A DNA stretch of 64,000 nt from Methanotrichaceae archaeon (GCA_963748825.1 CAVVKN010000009.1:32001-96000); one strand, 5' to 3'. Shown: positions 51,626 through 61,961, counted from the stretch's first letter. Numbers and translations: made by a program. The notes: generated from the letters alone by a model not told the origin.

Positions 51626-53194
51626 ATGAAGATCAGAATATTTCTGAGGCTGTTTGCGTCGCTTCTAAAGATTTTGGCGGTCTTGCTGCTGGTCCCCGGA
51701 GCCGTAGCGGCATTCTATGCCGAGACGGGAGGCGTTATCGCCTTTGCCATAACATCTCTTCTTACCCTGGCAGCAGGCATAATTTTGGGAAGGCTCTCTG
51801 TAAAGGAGGAGCCGGGCCTTAAAGAGGGCTTTGCCCTTGTCTCTTTGGGGTGGCTGGGAGCGGCCTTCTTCGGGGCTCTGCCTTATGTCTTCCTGGGAAC
51901 CGGCCTCATCGACGGCCTCTTCGAGTCCATGTCCGCTTTTACCACCACCGGCTCCTCCATACTCACTGAATCAAATGCCCAAGGGTACTGGATCATCAAC
52001 TCAACTCTGGCCAACAGCAGCCTGGCGCACCAACTGGAGCTTTCCATAAGGAGCCTGACGGCAAACAGCACATTGCTCCAGATCGGCAGCAGACCTGACA
52101 AGACCTATATGGGACTGCTCTTCTGGAGGTCCTTTGCCCAGTGGCTGGGCGGGATGGGGATAATACTATTATTCGTGGCCATACTACCGCGCCTGGGCGT
52201 GGCGGGACGCCAGCTCTACCGGGCAGAGGTGCCCGGCCCGGACAAGGACGCCCTGACGCCGCGCATTAAGCAGACCGCCCAATTGCTCTGGGTGGTTTAC
52301 ATCCTCATGACTGTCGCTGAGGTTGTGCTTCTTTACCTGGCAAAAATGCCCCTTTTTGACTCGCTATGCAATACATTTGCTTCCATGGCCACGGGCGGTT
52401 TTTCTCCCCAGGCCCTGAGCATGGCCGCGTATAAAAGCGGGATAATAGATGCCATCATCACACTATTCATGTTTTTAGCGGGGGCCAACTTCGCCCTGCA
52501 TTACAGAATGCTAAACACCGACCGAAAGGCCCTTTTCAAGGACGCGGAGTTTCGGTTTTACAGCCTGATCGTGCTAGTGGCTACAGCCATTATCATTCTC
52601 TGGGGCGGCCTACAGGGCGACATTATCCGCAAAATCCAGCTGGCAGGATTTCAGGTGGTCTCCATCATGACCACTACAGGCTTTGCCACGACAAATTTTG
52701 ACCAGTGGACGGCTGCGGCCAAGTACACTCTCCTCTTGCTCATGATCATAGGTGCCTGTGCTGGGTCCACAGGCGGAGCCATAAAGGTAGTAAGAATTCT
52801 GTTGGTATTGAAGAGCGGATACCGGGAGCTGCTTCACGTCCTACATCCCAAAGCAGTAATTGCTCTGCGCCTGGGAGGCATCTCCGTCAAAGATGAAGTG
52901 CTGCGGCCCAGCAACATCTTCGTGGCCATGTATATCTTCATCTTTGCGTCGGCCTCGCTTCTCCTGGCCATCATCTCCTACGGCGATCCGGGAATGACCA
53001 TCGAGACCATCCTCTCTGCGGTCGCCACCACACTTGGCAACGTGGGGCCGGGCTTTGGCATGGTAGGGCCCATGTTCAGCTTTGCGGAGATTCATCCTGC
53101 TGCCAAGATGCTGCTCTTCTTTTGCATGTGGATCGGCCGGCTGGAGGTAGTGACGGCGCTGGTCTTGCTGGTGCCGGAGTTTTGGAAGAAATGA
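51626..53194 (+). CDS. trkH: Trk potassium uptake membrane subunit (canonical copy)
   Basis: Pore loops FTTTG, ATGGFS, TTTGF, GNVGPG. Confidence 0.92.
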   Translation: MKIRIFLRLFASLLKILAVLLLVPGAVAAFYAETGGVIAFAITSLLTLAAGIILGRLSVKEEPGLKEGFALVSLGWLGAAFFGALPYVFLGTGLIDGLFESMSAFTTTGSSILTESNAQGYWIINSTLANSSLAHQLELSIRSLTANSTLLQIGSRPDKTYMGLLFWRSFAQWLGGMGIILLFVAILPRLGVAGRQLYRAEVPGPDKDALTPRIKQTAQLLWVVYILMTVAEVVLLYLAKMPLFDSLCNTFASMATGGFSPQALSMAAYKSGIIDAIITLFMFLAGANFALHYRMLNTDRKALFKDAEFRFYSLIVLVATAIIILWGGLQGDIIRKIQLAGFQVVSIMTTTGFATTNFDQWTAAAKYTLLLLMIIGACAGSTGGAIKVVRILLVLKSGYRELLHVLHPKAVIALRLGGISVKDEVLRPSNIFVAMYIFIFASASLLLAIISYGDPGMTIETILSAVATTLGNVGPGFGMVGPMFSFAEIHPAAKMLLFFCMWIGRLEVVTALVLLVPEFWKK

Positions 53195-53255
53195 GATCGC
53201 AAATAGATATCCAGGACCAATTCGTTTTTAACGACAAAGTTGGATAATGCGAGCT

Positions 53256-54467
53256 ATGAAAGTCCTCCTCTTCGACCCAAGCGCTGGAGCCTCCGGAGAC
53301 ATGATCATGGCCTCTCTCCTGGACCTGGGGGCAGATGCCGACTCTGTTCGCGAAGCGGTTGAGTCCGTGGGCTGCACCCTGGAGGTCTCCCGCCAGGAGA
53401 AGAGCCACATCATGGCCTGCCGGGCCAGGGTGATCTCGGACCGGAGATACCAATCACTGGACGAGGCCAAATCCATTCTGCAAGGCTCCAGCCTGCAAGG
53501 AAAAGCCCGGGAAAATGCGCTGGCTGCCCTGGATACTCTAGCCGAGGCGGAGAGCCAGGTGCACGGCGTGGCCGCGGAACATGTTCGGTTTCATGAGATT
53601 GGCGCCCTGGATGCACTGGCCGACATTGCCGGAGCCTGCGCGGCATGGCAAAGCCTAGGCCTTGAGCGCGTTTTGTCCCGGCCGTTATCCGTGGGCGGGG
53701 GCAATGTTGCGTCGGCGCACGGCCTTCTTGCCGTACCGGGTCCGGCTGCACTGGAAATCTTGCGATCTCACAAAATCCCCTGGAAAGGAGGGCCGGTAGA
53801 AGAGGAGCTGCTTACCCCGACGGGCGCGGCCCTGCTGGCAACTCTGGTCGATGAATTTGTGCCTGACTTTCCCCTCATCCGGGCAGAGAGGGTGGGCTAC
53901 GGCGCAGGCAAAAAGGAGCTAATCCTGCCCAATGTTCTGCGGGCCATAGCTGCGGAAACGCTCCCGGTCCCCGAGGCAGCGGCCCGGCCAAATCACGAAG
54001 AGCACGGGAACCGCATCGTGCAGCTGGAGACAAATGTGGATGATGTGACGGGCGAGGTGCTGGGCCATTTGATAGAGTTGCTCATGCAGGCCGGAGCTTT
54101 GGACGTCTCCGTTCTGCCTGCCCTGATGAAGAAAGGACGCGCCGGATTTGTGATCCGGGCCATTGCCGGGGCTCTGGATACGGAATTGCTGGCCAGAGTT
54201 ATGATCCGGGAGACGGGCTCCCTGGGCGTGCGCGTTTTTCCCAGCATTCACCGACTGGTAGCGGAGCGGGAGGAAAGAAATGTGCAGGTGGAGATATGCG
54301 GCCGCATCTACCAGCCCCAGGTGAAGGTGAGCCGCATGGATGGCGAGCTTTTAAGCGTCAAGCCGGAGTACGAGGACTGCAAGAGAATAGCCGACGAGAC
54401 AAATCTGCCCCTGCGCATGGTCATCAAAAAAGTGGAAGAGGCGGGGTGGCAAGCGGTAGCCCACTAA
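53256..54467 (+). CDS. larC: Nickel-pincer cofactor nickel insertase
   Basis: GASGDM, FHEIGALD, TPTGAA, ETNVDD, KPEYED. Confidence 0.9.
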   Translation: MKVLLFDPSAGASGDMIMASLLDLGADADSVREAVESVGCTLEVSRQEKSHIMACRARVISDRRYQSLDEAKSILQGSSLQGKARENALAALDTLAEAESQVHGVAAEHVRFHEIGALDALADIAGACAAWQSLGLERVLSRPLSVGGGNVASAHGLLAVPGPAALEILRSHKIPWKGGPVEEELLTPTGAALLATLVDEFVPDFPLIRAERVGYGAGKKELILPNVLRAIAAETLPVPEAAARPNHEEHGNRIVQLETNVDDVTGEVLGHLIELLMQAGALDVSVLPALMKKGRAGFVIRAIAGALDTELLARVMIRETGSLGVRVFPSIHRLVAEREERNVQVEICGRIYQPQVKVSRMDGELLSVKPEYEDCKRIADETNLPLRMVIKKVEEAGWQAVAH

Positions 54468-54734
54468 TTCGTGCCATCCCTTTTAACATATATCTTATTT
54501 TATTACTACGCCACCTAACCAACTCGCCTCTTTAGCCGAATAAATTCTTATCACTTACTTATAATACTAATATAGTTAGGATTGTAGTTGGTATTATATA
54601 TACTTTTCGTAAATAATAATAGTAGCAGCATGCCAGAGACGGAAAGAGCATCTGTATCTAGCGAATTATAAAGTATGCAAATGACCGGACGGCTCGCAAG
54701 TTTGATTAATCTGCCCCGCAGGGTAGCTCTTCTC

Positions 54735-56006
54735 ATGCATCTAGATTCTTCCACCCGGCTCTTTGATTGTGCCAAAAAGCTGATGCCCGGCGGCGTATCC
54801 AGCCCCGTACGCGCCATCTCACCCTGCCCCTTTTACACGGCCAGAGCAGATGGCCCCTACCTATGGGATGCGGACGCAAACCGGTTCATCGATTACTGCT
54901 TAGCATACGGACCCATGATCTTAGGCCACCGCCATCCCGCCGTCGTCCGGGCCGTGACTGATCAGATGACCCGCGGCTGGCTTTATGGAACCCCCTCCGT
55001 GCTGGAGGTTGCAGCCGCTGCAGAGAATCACCCGGCTTTATCCCAGCATGGAAATGGCTCCGCTTCGTCAGCTCCGGCACGGAGGCCACCATGGCGGCCA
55101 TTCGCGTGGCGCGCGGCGCTACGGGCCGGGATAAAATCATCAAGATCGAGGGCGGCTTTCACGGGGCGCACGACAGCGTCCTGGTGAAGGCGGGCTCGGG
55201 AGCCACGACTCTGGGCATTCCCGATTCACGAGGCGTGCCTGCCGACACGGCCAAGAACACTCTGCTGGTGCCCTACAATGACCTGGAGGCCCTGGAGAGC
55301 CCTACTGAAGAGCTATCCCGGCCAGATCGCCTGCCTGATCATGGAGCCCGTCTTGGGCAACATCGGTCCGGTGCTGCCGGAGAAGGGCTACCTTGAGGGA
55401 GTGCGCCGGCTTACAAAGGAGCATGATGTGCTCCTCATCTTCGACGAGGTCATAACCGGCTTTCGGCTATCCCTGGGCGGTGCACAGGAGCTCTTCGGCA
55501 TTAAGCCAGATCTCACCACTTTGGGCAAGATCATAGGAGGGGGCTTTCCCGTGGGCATCTTTGGCGGCAGGCGCGATCTGTTAGAGCAGGTGGCGCCCAG
55601 CGGTGGCATCTACCAGGCAGGAACCTTCAACGGCAGTCCCGTCTCTTTAGCCGCCGGCATGGCCACCCTGGACGTCATGGAAAAAGAGAAGGTTTTAGAG
55701 AAGCTCAATGACACCGGAATGAAGATGAGAAAAGGACTGCAAGAGATTGTAGACGACCTTGGATTAGGCTACAGCGTGGTAGGCATAGCCTCCATGTTCA
55801 AGATATTCTTTGGAGAGGAGCCACATAATTATGCTCAGGCCCTGAAATGCGACAAGATTGGCTATCTGGCCTTTTTCCGTCGCATGCTCGATGCCGGCAT
55901 TTTCCTTACTCCCAGCCAGTATGAAACTGATTTCATATCGGCAGCCCACAGCCCGGAAGTTATACAAACCACTCTGGAGGCGTTTAAGTCCTGTCTGAAA
56001 AGCTGA
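54735..56006 (+). CDS. hemL: Glutamate-1-semialdehyde aminomutase (frameshifts near 55020, 55055 and 55300)
   Basis: [32 protein letters not shown] and LGKIIGGG spread over several frames. Confidence 0.88.
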
Positions 56007-56929
56007 TCGTAGGCAGCCGGGGTAGCCCTCTGGCAATGCGCCAGACCCAGATTGTGCAGGAGTTGCTTCTGCCCCTGGGCGTGGAGACGCAGCTTATCAA
56101 AGTCAAGACCAGCGGAGATGTCTTCCTGGACAAGCCTTTGCACCAGCTCACCGGCTTTGGCGTCTTCGTGGCGGAGATTGACGAGCGCATGCTCAGCGGC
56201 GAGATCGATTTAGCCGTGCACAGCATGAAGGACCTGCCCACAAAAAGGCCGGAAGAGCTGACCATCTCCGCGATCTTGAAACGCGACTCGCCTTATGACA
56301 TAATGCTCTGCAGGGACGGCTCGACGAAAAGTCTAGAAGAGCTAAAGAAAGGCGCAACCGTGGGCACCTCCAGCATGCGGCGCACGGCGCAGCTACGCCG
56401 GGCCCGGCCCGATCTGCAGATAATTAACTTGCGGGGAAATCTGCAGACGCGGCTGCGCAAGCTGGATCAGGGGACTTACGATGCCATAGTCCTGGCGAAG
56501 GCTGGCCTCGAGAGGATGGGCCTGGAGAGGGATTATGTGCGACTGGATGGGGAGAGGTTCGTTCCCTCCGCCAACCAGGGAACCATAATAGTCGTAGCCA
56601 AGAAGGGATCAAAGGCAGAATTTTATTCCAGATCACTGGATGATGCGCCCACAAGAACCGAGACCATGATCGAACGCAAGATCCTGGAGACAGTGGGAGG
56701 CGGCTGTGTCGTTCCGATGGCAGTGCACGCCTCTGCAAAGAACGGCCAGGCACGTGTCCTGGCCGAGGTCCTATCCTTAGACGGCAAGAGGTTTGTGCGA
56801 TTGGATGAAAATATCTCTTTGCATGAAGATGATCACTTGGGCAAGGCAGAGGACATGGGGCGAAGGCTCATGAAGATGGGTGGAAGAGAGCTGGTAGATG
56901 AGGCGGTGAAGGAATTTGGCACGCGGTAA
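55991..56929 (+). CDS. hemC: Hydroxymethylbilane synthase (probable CTG start)
   Basis: (L)[31 protein letters not shown]. Confidence 0.93.
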   Translation: MSEKLIVGSRGSPLAMRQTQIVQELLLPLGVETQLIKVKTSGDVFLDKPLHQLTGFGVFVAEIDERMLSGEIDLAVHSMKDLPTKRPEELTISAILKRDSPYDIMLCRDGSTKSLEELKKGATVGTSSMRRTAQLRRARPDLQIINLRGNLQTRLRKLDQGTYDAIVLAKAGLERMGLERDYVRLDGERFVPSANQGTIIVVAKKGSKAEFYSRSLDDAPTRTETMIERKILETVGGGCVVPMAVHASAKNGQARVLAEVLSLDGKRFVRLDENISLHEDDHLGKAEDMGRRLMKMGGRELVDEAVKEFGTR

Positions 56930-58376
56930 GGTTTATCTGGTGGGAGCTGGCCCTGGTGACCCCGAGCTTATGACTCTGAAGGCGAAAAGGCTGCTAAGCG
57001 TTGCGGATGTAGTCTTGTTCGATAGGCTGCTTGACCCCAGGATGCTGGAAGGAGTCAAAGCAGAATTGATCGATGTAGGCAAGAACGCTGGTCATCACAA
57101 GCTGAATCAGGAAGGCATCAACCAGCTTCTCATCGAGAAAGCGGAAGCGGGAAACATCGTGGTCCGCCTGAAGGGAGGGGATCCCTACCTCTTTGGCCGG
57201 GGCGGAGAGGAGGCGCTGGCGTTGCAGGAAAAAGGCATACCCTTTGAGGTTGTGCCCGGTGTGACCTCCTCCATTGCCGCCCCCGAGCTGGCCGGAATTC
57301 CCGTGACCCACCGGGGTGTGGCCTCTTCGCTTATTATCGTGACCGGCCATGAGGAGCCGGGAAAAGAGACGCCCCTGGACTGGAAGGCGATAGCAGCGTT
57401 GGGCGGGACTCTGGTTGTGCTGATGGGCGTCTCCCGCCTGGAGCAGAATGTTGCGGCCCTGATTGAAGCAGGGAAATCCCCCCAAACACCGGCGGCCATG
57501 GTTGAAAAGGGAGGCTGGCCGGAGCAGAGGATGATTTCGGCAACGCTGGCCGATATAGCCCAAAAGGCCAGGGAGTCGAAGATCGAGTCTCCGGCCATAC
57601 TGGTTGTAGGCGAGGTGGTCTTGCTGGCGGAGAAGCTGGGGCAAAAGAAGATCGCCATTCTTCGGCCCGCCGCCCAGCAGAAGGAGTCGGCGGCCCTGGC
57701 AGAGAGCTACGGCTTCTCACCGATACTGGCTCCTGCAATCGCTCTGGCAGAAAAGCCCTTGCCCGAAGATCTGGTAGAGAGGCTTTGCAAAGCAGAATGC
57801 GTGGCTTTTACCAGCGCCAACGGAGTGAAGATGGCACTGCATAGCCCCGCTATCAGGCAAACATTGACTGGGAAGATGATCGTGGCCATTGGGCCCAAGA
57901 CCGCCCTGGCTTTGGCCGAGCAGGGCTTGACGGCACAGGTACCGGAGGAGTACAGCTCGGCGGGAATGGAGAAGATGCTGCGGGGAAAATGCCAGAGCAT
58001 TCTCTTCCTGCGCAGCGCTCAGGGTAGTAAGTACCTCTCAGAGGAATTGTTGGCGGCGGGACTTTATGTGGATGACATTGCCCTTTACGAGGTTGTTCCC
58101 TCCGGGGACACCCGCCTGGACGAACTGATAAAGAGGGCAAAAAGCGTGGACATCTTTGCCTTCACCAGCTCCTCTACAGCTCGCTATCTGATAGAGAGAG
58201 CCAAAGCGATGGACCTGGAAAAGGAACTGCGAGAAGCGCTCGCCGCCGGCACGGTGGCTGCCATTGGCAAGCCCACGACAGAAGAGTTGGCCCGGCTGGG
58301 CGTGAAAGTGGACGTGATGCCGGACAAGTTCACCTTTGAGGCGATGCTTACCGTTTTGCAGGAGAAGAAGAGGTAA
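56916..58376 (+). CDS. cobA: Uroporphyrinogen-III C-methyltransferase / uroporphyrinogen-III synthase fusion (CobA-HemD)
   Basis: GAGPGDPEL, RLKGGDP, VPGVTS; HemD part FTSANGV, AIGPKT, FTSSST. Confidence 0.92.
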   Translation: MARGKVYLVGAGPGDPELMTLKAKRLLSVADVVLFDRLLDPRMLEGVKAELIDVGKNAGHHKLNQEGINQLLIEKAEAGNIVVRLKGGDPYLFGRGGEEALALQEKGIPFEVVPGVTSSIAAPELAGIPVTHRGVASSLIIVTGHEEPGKETPLDWKAIAALGGTLVVLMGVSRLEQNVAALIEAGKSPQTPAAMVEKGGWPEQRMISATLADIAQKARESKIESPAILVVGEVVLLAEKLGQKKIAILRPAAQQKESAALAESYGFSPILAPAIALAEKPLPEDLVERLCKAECVAFTSANGVKMALHSPAIRQTLTGKMIVAIGPKTALALAEQGLTAQVPEEYSSAGMEKMLRGKCQSILFLRSAQGSKYLSEELLAAGLYVDDIALYEVVPSGDTRLDELIKRAKSVDIFAFTSSSTARYLIERAKAMDLEKELREALAAGTVAAIGKPTTEELARLGVKVDVMPDKFTFEAMLTVLQEKKR

Positions 58377-58377
58377 A

Positions 58378-59538
58378 ATGATCATATTTTCCAAAGCCCT
58401 GGCGGATCAGGCCACTGTTTGGGAGGCGCTGCGCGCCAGCGAGTCGTGCCAGAATCTACCGCCTGATTTGCTCAGGTTCTCGGCCCAGAAGAGGCCGGTC
58501 GTGATGTGGAATTTGACAGCGCACTGCAACCTGGCCTGCCAGCACTGTTACATGGATGCCAGCCGCGAGGCGCGAGAGGAAATGTCTCTGGAAGAGGGCA
58601 TGCATTTGGTAGATGAGCTGGCCGAGATGGAAGTACCCATCCTCATCTTCACCGGCGGAGAGCCCCTTCTCAGCCGCAATTTCTATGCCCTGGCCTTCCA
58701 CGCCCGTGAGGTGGGCCTGAGGACAGTCATCTCCACCAATGGAACCCTGATTACCCCTGAGGTGGCCAGGCTCCTGGCTGAGGCTAAGATCAGATACGTA
58801 GGGGTAAGCCTGGACTCCGCTTCTGCGCAAAGCCACGATGCCTTCAGAGGCGTGGTCGGAGCGCATGCCCGGGCTTTGCAGGGCATCAAGAACGCCCGCG
58901 ATGCTGGCCTGAAGACGGGGCTGCGCCTCACGCTCACCCGCGACAACTGGCAAGATGTTCCAGCTCTGCTGAGCCTGGCACTGCAGGAGAACATCCCCCG
59001 ATTCTGTCTCTACCACCTTGTCCCTACGGGCCGGGGAGCGGGCATGGCCGACAGGGACGTCACACCCGAGCAGCGGCGCAGCGTTATTCGCCTGCTGGCC
59101 GAAGCTGCAGAGGAGCTGAAAGGAGAGAACATTGAGATTTTGACCACGGACTCTCCCATGGATGGAGCCTATTTGCTGGAGCTGTTGAAGGGCGATCCCC
59201 GGCGCGAGAACGTGCAAAAGCTGCTGACCAATGCAGGCGGCTGCTCCACGGGAGTAAAGGTGGCCAACATCAATCAGCGAGGGGATGTGCACCCCTGCCA
59301 CTTCATGCCCCAGGTAGTGGTGGGCAATGTGCGAGAGCGCTCCTTCCGGGACATCTGGATCGATCATCCCTCTCCGGAGCTGCAGGCGCTGCGGGGCATA
59401 AGGTCCAGCCTTAAAGGTGCCTGCGGAAAGTGCGAATACCTGGATCTGTGCGGAGGATGCCGCCAGAAAGCCTACTACTATCATGGAGATATGTTGGCTG
59501 AAGATCCCACCTGCATTCTGGAGCATAAGAGCCTCTGA
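58378..59538 (+). CDS. ahbC: Radical SAM/SPASM protein of alternative heme biosynthesis (AhbC-like)
   Basis: PVVMWNLT, CNLACQHC, GGEPL, SPASM CGKC..CGGCR; coupled to the hem operon. Confidence 0.75.
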   Translation: MIIFSKALADQATVWEALRASESCQNLPPDLLRFSAQKRPVVMWNLTAHCNLACQHCYMDASREAREEMSLEEGMHLVDELAEMEVPILIFTGGEPLLSRNFYALAFHAREVGLRTVISTNGTLITPEVARLLAEAKIRYVGVSLDSASAQSHDAFRGVVGAHARALQGIKNARDAGLKTGLRLTLTRDNWQDVPALLSLALQENIPRFCLYHLVPTGRGAGMADRDVTPEQRRSVIRLLAEAAEELKGENIEILTTDSPMDGAYLLELLKGDPRRENVQKLLTNAGGCSTGVKVANINQRGDVHPCHFMPQVVVGNVRERSFRDIWIDHPSPELQALRGIRSSLKGACGKCEYLDLCGGCRQKAYYYHGDMLAEDPTCILEHKSL

Positions 59539-59767
59539 CCATTTTTTTTCCGTGTGTCTTTCTGCGTAAAATGACGTATTGTGGTTTTTCCCTTTTTCCC
59601 ACCCAATTTATTATTTCATCATTTTTACAGCCACACCCAGCTAAAGAGTTTCATCATTTCAGCCCATTTATTTTCGATAATTGCCATAATTTTCAGCAAT
59701 AATTACCGTCATATGCCGAAAGATTGATAAACTAAGAACGCCTATTTAATATTTGGAGTGAAAGCAA

Positions 59768-59884
59768 ATGACACATCACGAAGAGAAGAAAAAGGCTGAA
59801 GAGAAGGAAGCAAAGGTCGAGCCTATCAAACTCGGTGACAAGAGAGGCGGAAAGAAGAAGGGACTGCTGGACACTTGCGAGTGA
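59768..59884 (+). CDS. 38-aa charged micro-protein, copy 1
   Basis: MTHHEEKKKAEEKEAKVEPIKLGDKRGGKKKGLLDTCE; SD GGAGTGA. Confidence 0.75.
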   Translation: MTHHEEKKKAEEKEAKVEPIKLGDKRGGKKKGLLDTCE

Positions 59885-59980
59885 GATCGGCAGCATATTT
59901 TTATTTGTATTGTTCGCCGGAAGGTATAATTAATATCAACTGCAAGAATATCAGCTGCTAGAATAAATGGAGGCTGCAAA

Positions 59981-60100
59981 ATGACACACCACGAAGAAAA
60001 GAAAGAGAAGAAGGAAGAGGCGGAAGCAAAGGTCGAGCCCATCAAACTCGGTGACAAGAGAGGCGGCAAGAAGAAAAGTCTGCTCGATACTTGCGAGTAA
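59981..60100 (+). CDS. 39-aa charged micro-protein, copy 2
   Basis: MTHHEEKKEKKEEAEAKVEPIKLGDKRGGKKKSLLDTCE; SD GGAGG; differs from copy 1 mostly at synonymous sites. Confidence 0.75.
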   Translation: MTHHEEKKEKKEEAEAKVEPIKLGDKRGGKKKSLLDTCE

Positions 60101-60194
60101 AAGCCTCTGTATCAAACCCTTTTTCTAAATTTTCTCTTTTGCATCTTTAAAATAATTGGATCATTGCCATTCGGTTTTCATCAGTTTTATAGTT

Positions 60195-60920
60195 TTATTG
60201 CCAGAACTTTTGTCGAAATGACAGCGCACCCCAGGCCACCAGCACGGCAAAGAGGGCGTAGGCCAGGGGCAGCCAGGCGGGCATTCCGAAAAGATCCGGC
60301 CGGGCGTAGACCCAGGCTCCTGCGGATACGGGCATAGCTTCACAAACCGGTCCGAGGATGCTTCCCGCCGCCAAGAGGATGACTGTTGATTTTTCCGGCC
60401 GGGTGCTGAGTGCAGCCGCAGCCAGTAGCAGAGCAGCAGCGATGACAAGCAGCGTATTTTCGCTCAGGGCGACAAAGAGCACGATCTCAATGGCGATGCC
60501 AGCCAGAGCCAGGGGCAGAGTTCCCGGCCTGGATGACGGCATCTCTCCCAGAAGGCTTCTCACGATCAGCCATAAGGCAGTAGGAAAGCAAGCCCAGATG
60601 ACGAAAAGCCAGGGAGGGATGAGGGGCAGGCCGCCCGTTTCGGCGTAGCTCCACAGGCCCCCGGAAACGCAGGCCACCTCAGTGAGCGGGCCGATGACGG
60701 CCCCGGCCACAGCCACAGCCAGAGCTGAAGGCCCCAGGCGCAAGGCGAGCAAAGCTGGCGCGGGCAGGAGGAGCAGGGCCAGGAGGTAAGGGCTCTGCCA
60801 GCAGGAGACGATGGCAGCTACGGCGTAGACGACGAGGACGGCGACGATGGCTAAGTCAAAGAGGCGGGTGGCGAGGGGGATTTCTGGATGCGAAGATGGC
60901 GAGCGAGTGTATCGGGTCAT
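60195..60920 (-). CDS. Integral membrane protein with duplicated GP..E....G.W.Y....P.W module (DUF2878-like)
   Basis: GPLTEVACVSGGLWSY..PPWL and GPVCEAMPVSAGAWVY..PAWL. Confidence 0.7.
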   Translation of the reverse strand: MTRYTRSPSSHPEIPLATRLFDLAIVAVLVVYAVAAIVSCWQSPYLLALLLLPAPALLALRLGPSALAVAVAGAVIGPLTEVACVSGGLWSYAETGGLPLIPPWLFVIWACFPTALWLIVRSLLGEMPSSRPGTLPLALAGIAIEIVLFVALSENTLLVIAAALLLAAAALSTRPEKSTVILLAAGSILGPVCEAMPVSAGAWVYARPDLFGMPAWLPLAYALFAVLVAWGALSFRQKFWQ

Positions 60921-61109
60921 GGGGCGATCTCGATGATTATTATGAGCCGGTCTTAAGTAAATGATCCCTGGCCGAGGCGAAAGTTGGTGCCATGAGAAGA
61001 GAAGACATGATAAAAGGACTGACAAGCGGCTCGTAATTAGTCATTGGGCGATACAATTCGTATCGGCATTAATCTTCTGCAAAACGCAAGAGAAGCAAGC
61101 TCATTGCAG

Positions 61110-61218
61110 CCTGCAATCCAAGCTCGACACCCTCAAGCGCCACCATGTGGAGACCACCGCCGAGCTGGACGCGCTCCTTCCGGCTGTGCTGGAGCGGGCC
61201 TTCCGGGGCGAGCTGTAG
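61110..61218 (+). pseudogene. Remnant 3' end of a type I R-M specificity subunit (HsdS-like)
   Basis: LQSKLDTLKR..TAELDALLPAVLERAFRGEL*. Confidence 0.7.
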
Positions 61219-61263
61219 ATATTAGGATGAAAAATTTATACTAAAAGGCCCAATGTATCCAGG

Positions 61264-61551
61264 ATGAGTGAAGATGCCTGCATCGTCGTATCGGTGGATG
61301 ACATAAAGGCCTTTGAAAGGCTGAAGCTGATCTCTCAGATAGCACCGGTGAAAGAGAGGATAAGGTCATTTGAAAGCAAACACAGATCCAATCTTGATGC
61401 CTTCGAGGAAAAACTAAAACATCTTCCGGAGGATTTCGAACGCTGGGATGATTTCATCGAGTGGAAAGCCTACAGAGATAGCTTGAAGGATCTCGAATTA
61501 AGGCTCAAAAAGATTGAAGATGCAACGAACTTTAGAATCGCTTCAGGATAA
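61264..61551 (+). CDS. Putative antitoxin (TumA-like)
   Basis: FESKH..FEE..WDDFIEWKAY; overlaps the DUF6516-like gene. Confidence 0.6.
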   Translation: MSEDACIVVSVDDIKAFERLKLISQIAPVKERIRSFESKHRSNLDAFEEKLKHLPEDFERWDDFIEWKAYRDSLKDLELRLKKIEDATNFRIASG

Positions 61552-61870
61552 GCTTATCAAGAGTTTTGAAATCCTGGATTTCAAGAGCGGTGAAAGCTTT
61601 TATTATCTCAAGGTGAAGGCCGTTATCGTTGATGATAGCGTGCTTCAAATTAAGGAATATAGTTCTTTTGATAGCTATTTCTATTCTTATCACTGGCAGG
61701 ACAGTGATGGCTCTCTGAGGATACGATGGGATAACTCCCCTCATCATAGAAATCTTTGCACCTTCCCAGATCACAAGCATTCTCCTCAACTCGAAGAATC
61801 AAAGGAAATGACCTTGGAAGAGGCTTTGGATGAGATTAGAAAAATTCTACACGAACAAGGTGCCGAGTAA
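61520..61870 (+). CDS. DUF6516 / TumE-like toxin
   Basis: YSYHWQD..RWDNSPHH..TFPDHKH. Confidence 0.75.
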   Translation: MQRTLESLQDKLIKSFEILDFKSGESFYYLKVKAVIVDDSVLQIKEYSSFDSYFYSYHWQDSDGSLRIRWDNSPHHRNLCTFPDHKHSPQLEESKEMTLEEALDEIRKILHEQGAE

Positions 61871-61898
61871 CAGTTTCAATTCAAATTCATAGGAAGTT

Positions 61899-61961
61899 AC
61901 CGCCGCCTTGCCGCGCTCCTTCCGGCTGTGCAGGATCCTGGCCTTCCGGAGCGAGCTTTGA
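61899..61961 (+). repeat. Second, degenerate copy of the HsdS-like tail (61156-61218)
   Basis: Shares CGCGCTCCTTCCGGCTGTGC..GGCCTTCCGG.GCGAGCT. Confidence 0.85.

Noticed and set aside
58378-59538. Radical SAM/SPASM protein as a dedicated RiPP maturase
   Set aside because: Translational coupling to hemL-hemC-cobA/hemD and an AhbC-like N-terminus favour heme biosynthesis; kept only as a secondary hypothesis
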